This document shows positions 23,853 through 24,000 of a DNA stretch of 24,000 bases, one piece after another (position 1 is the first letter of the stretch; each line of letters opens with the position of its first letter). The DNA comes from an uncultured Thalassospiraceae bacterium (GTDB lineage Bacteria; Pseudomonadota; Alphaproteobacteria; Rhodospirillales; JABHCV01): the NCBI GenBank assembly GCA_964655005.1, contig CAZZKE010000016.1:1-24000 (forward strand), given 5' to 3'. Below the pieces are notes generated by a model. That model had not been told where the DNA came from, did not search any database, and saw nothing but the letters and a program-made list of their open reading frames with translations. The translations under genes were made by a program, and so were the position numbers.

Positions 23853-24000
23853 ATGGATAATTCAGTCATTGATGCGGTCACTCTGGGGGGGTCCGTGGCC
23901 GATATGGATTTCTCCATATGGGCGCTGTTTATGCGCGCCGACCTGATCGTCAAGGCGGTCATAGTCTTGTTGTTGCTGGCGTCGATCTGGTGCTGGGCGA
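23853..24000 (+). CDS. tolQ: Tol-Pal system protein TolQ, N-terminal fragment (continues beyond the window)
   Basis: Not in the ORF track because no stop lies in the window. Hand translation from ATG 23853: MDNSVIDAVTLGGSVADMDFSIWALFMRADLIVKAVIVLLLLASIWCWA. This is a typical TolQ N-terminus and first TM, in the ybgC-tolQ position. Confidence 0.8.
   Translation, partial: MDNSVIDAVTLGGSVADMDFSIWALFMRADLIVKAVIVLLLLASIWCWA

Overview
GC-rich, densely coding chromosomal core segment that looks alphaproteobacterial, possibly Rhodospirillales-like. The pointers are DUF1013, DUF1192 and DUF4164 small proteins, a ROSE-type thermometer upstream of an sHSP, zapA-6S RNA-ygfA synteny, and ruvCAB-ybgC-tolQ. 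I saw no tRNA or rRNA genes, CRISPR arrays, IS elements, integrases or phage genes. Left to right: DUF1013 (partial, -), qor (-), DUF1192 (+), bacteriohemerythrin (-), an AT-richer ~335 bp gap holding an orphan promoter/terminator pair, 4HBT thioesterase (+), hsp20 with sigma32 promoter and ROSE leader (-), membrane class III adenylate cyclase (-), a 178-aa membrane paralog of the cyclase N-terminus (-), rpmE (-), cyaY (+), MFS transporter (-). Next comes a tight three-gene operon (-): secreted Pro-rich OmpA-like protein, MotA/ExbB-like channel with a helical tail, and MotB-like protein with a long coiled coil plus OmpA domain. Then suhB, efp, thiE and an unknown thiE-coupled gene (all -), TPR-sulfotransferase-like protein (+), gap (-), DUF4164, zapA, 6S RNA, 5-formyl-THF cyclo-ligase, YmdB-like phosphoesterase, yebC, ruvC, ruvA, ruvB, ybgC and the start of tolQ (all +). 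The best candidate for an undescribed system is the MotA/MotB-like stator triad at 8381-11704. It is distinct from the canonical Tol system that starts at the right edge and has no flagellar or TonB-receptor partner in the window. The second candidate is the tandem pair at 3992-6438, which shares an unrecognised N-terminal domain plus 2-TM module, once alone and once fused to a cyclase. All calls rest on reading the translations and DNA by eye; no database search was run.
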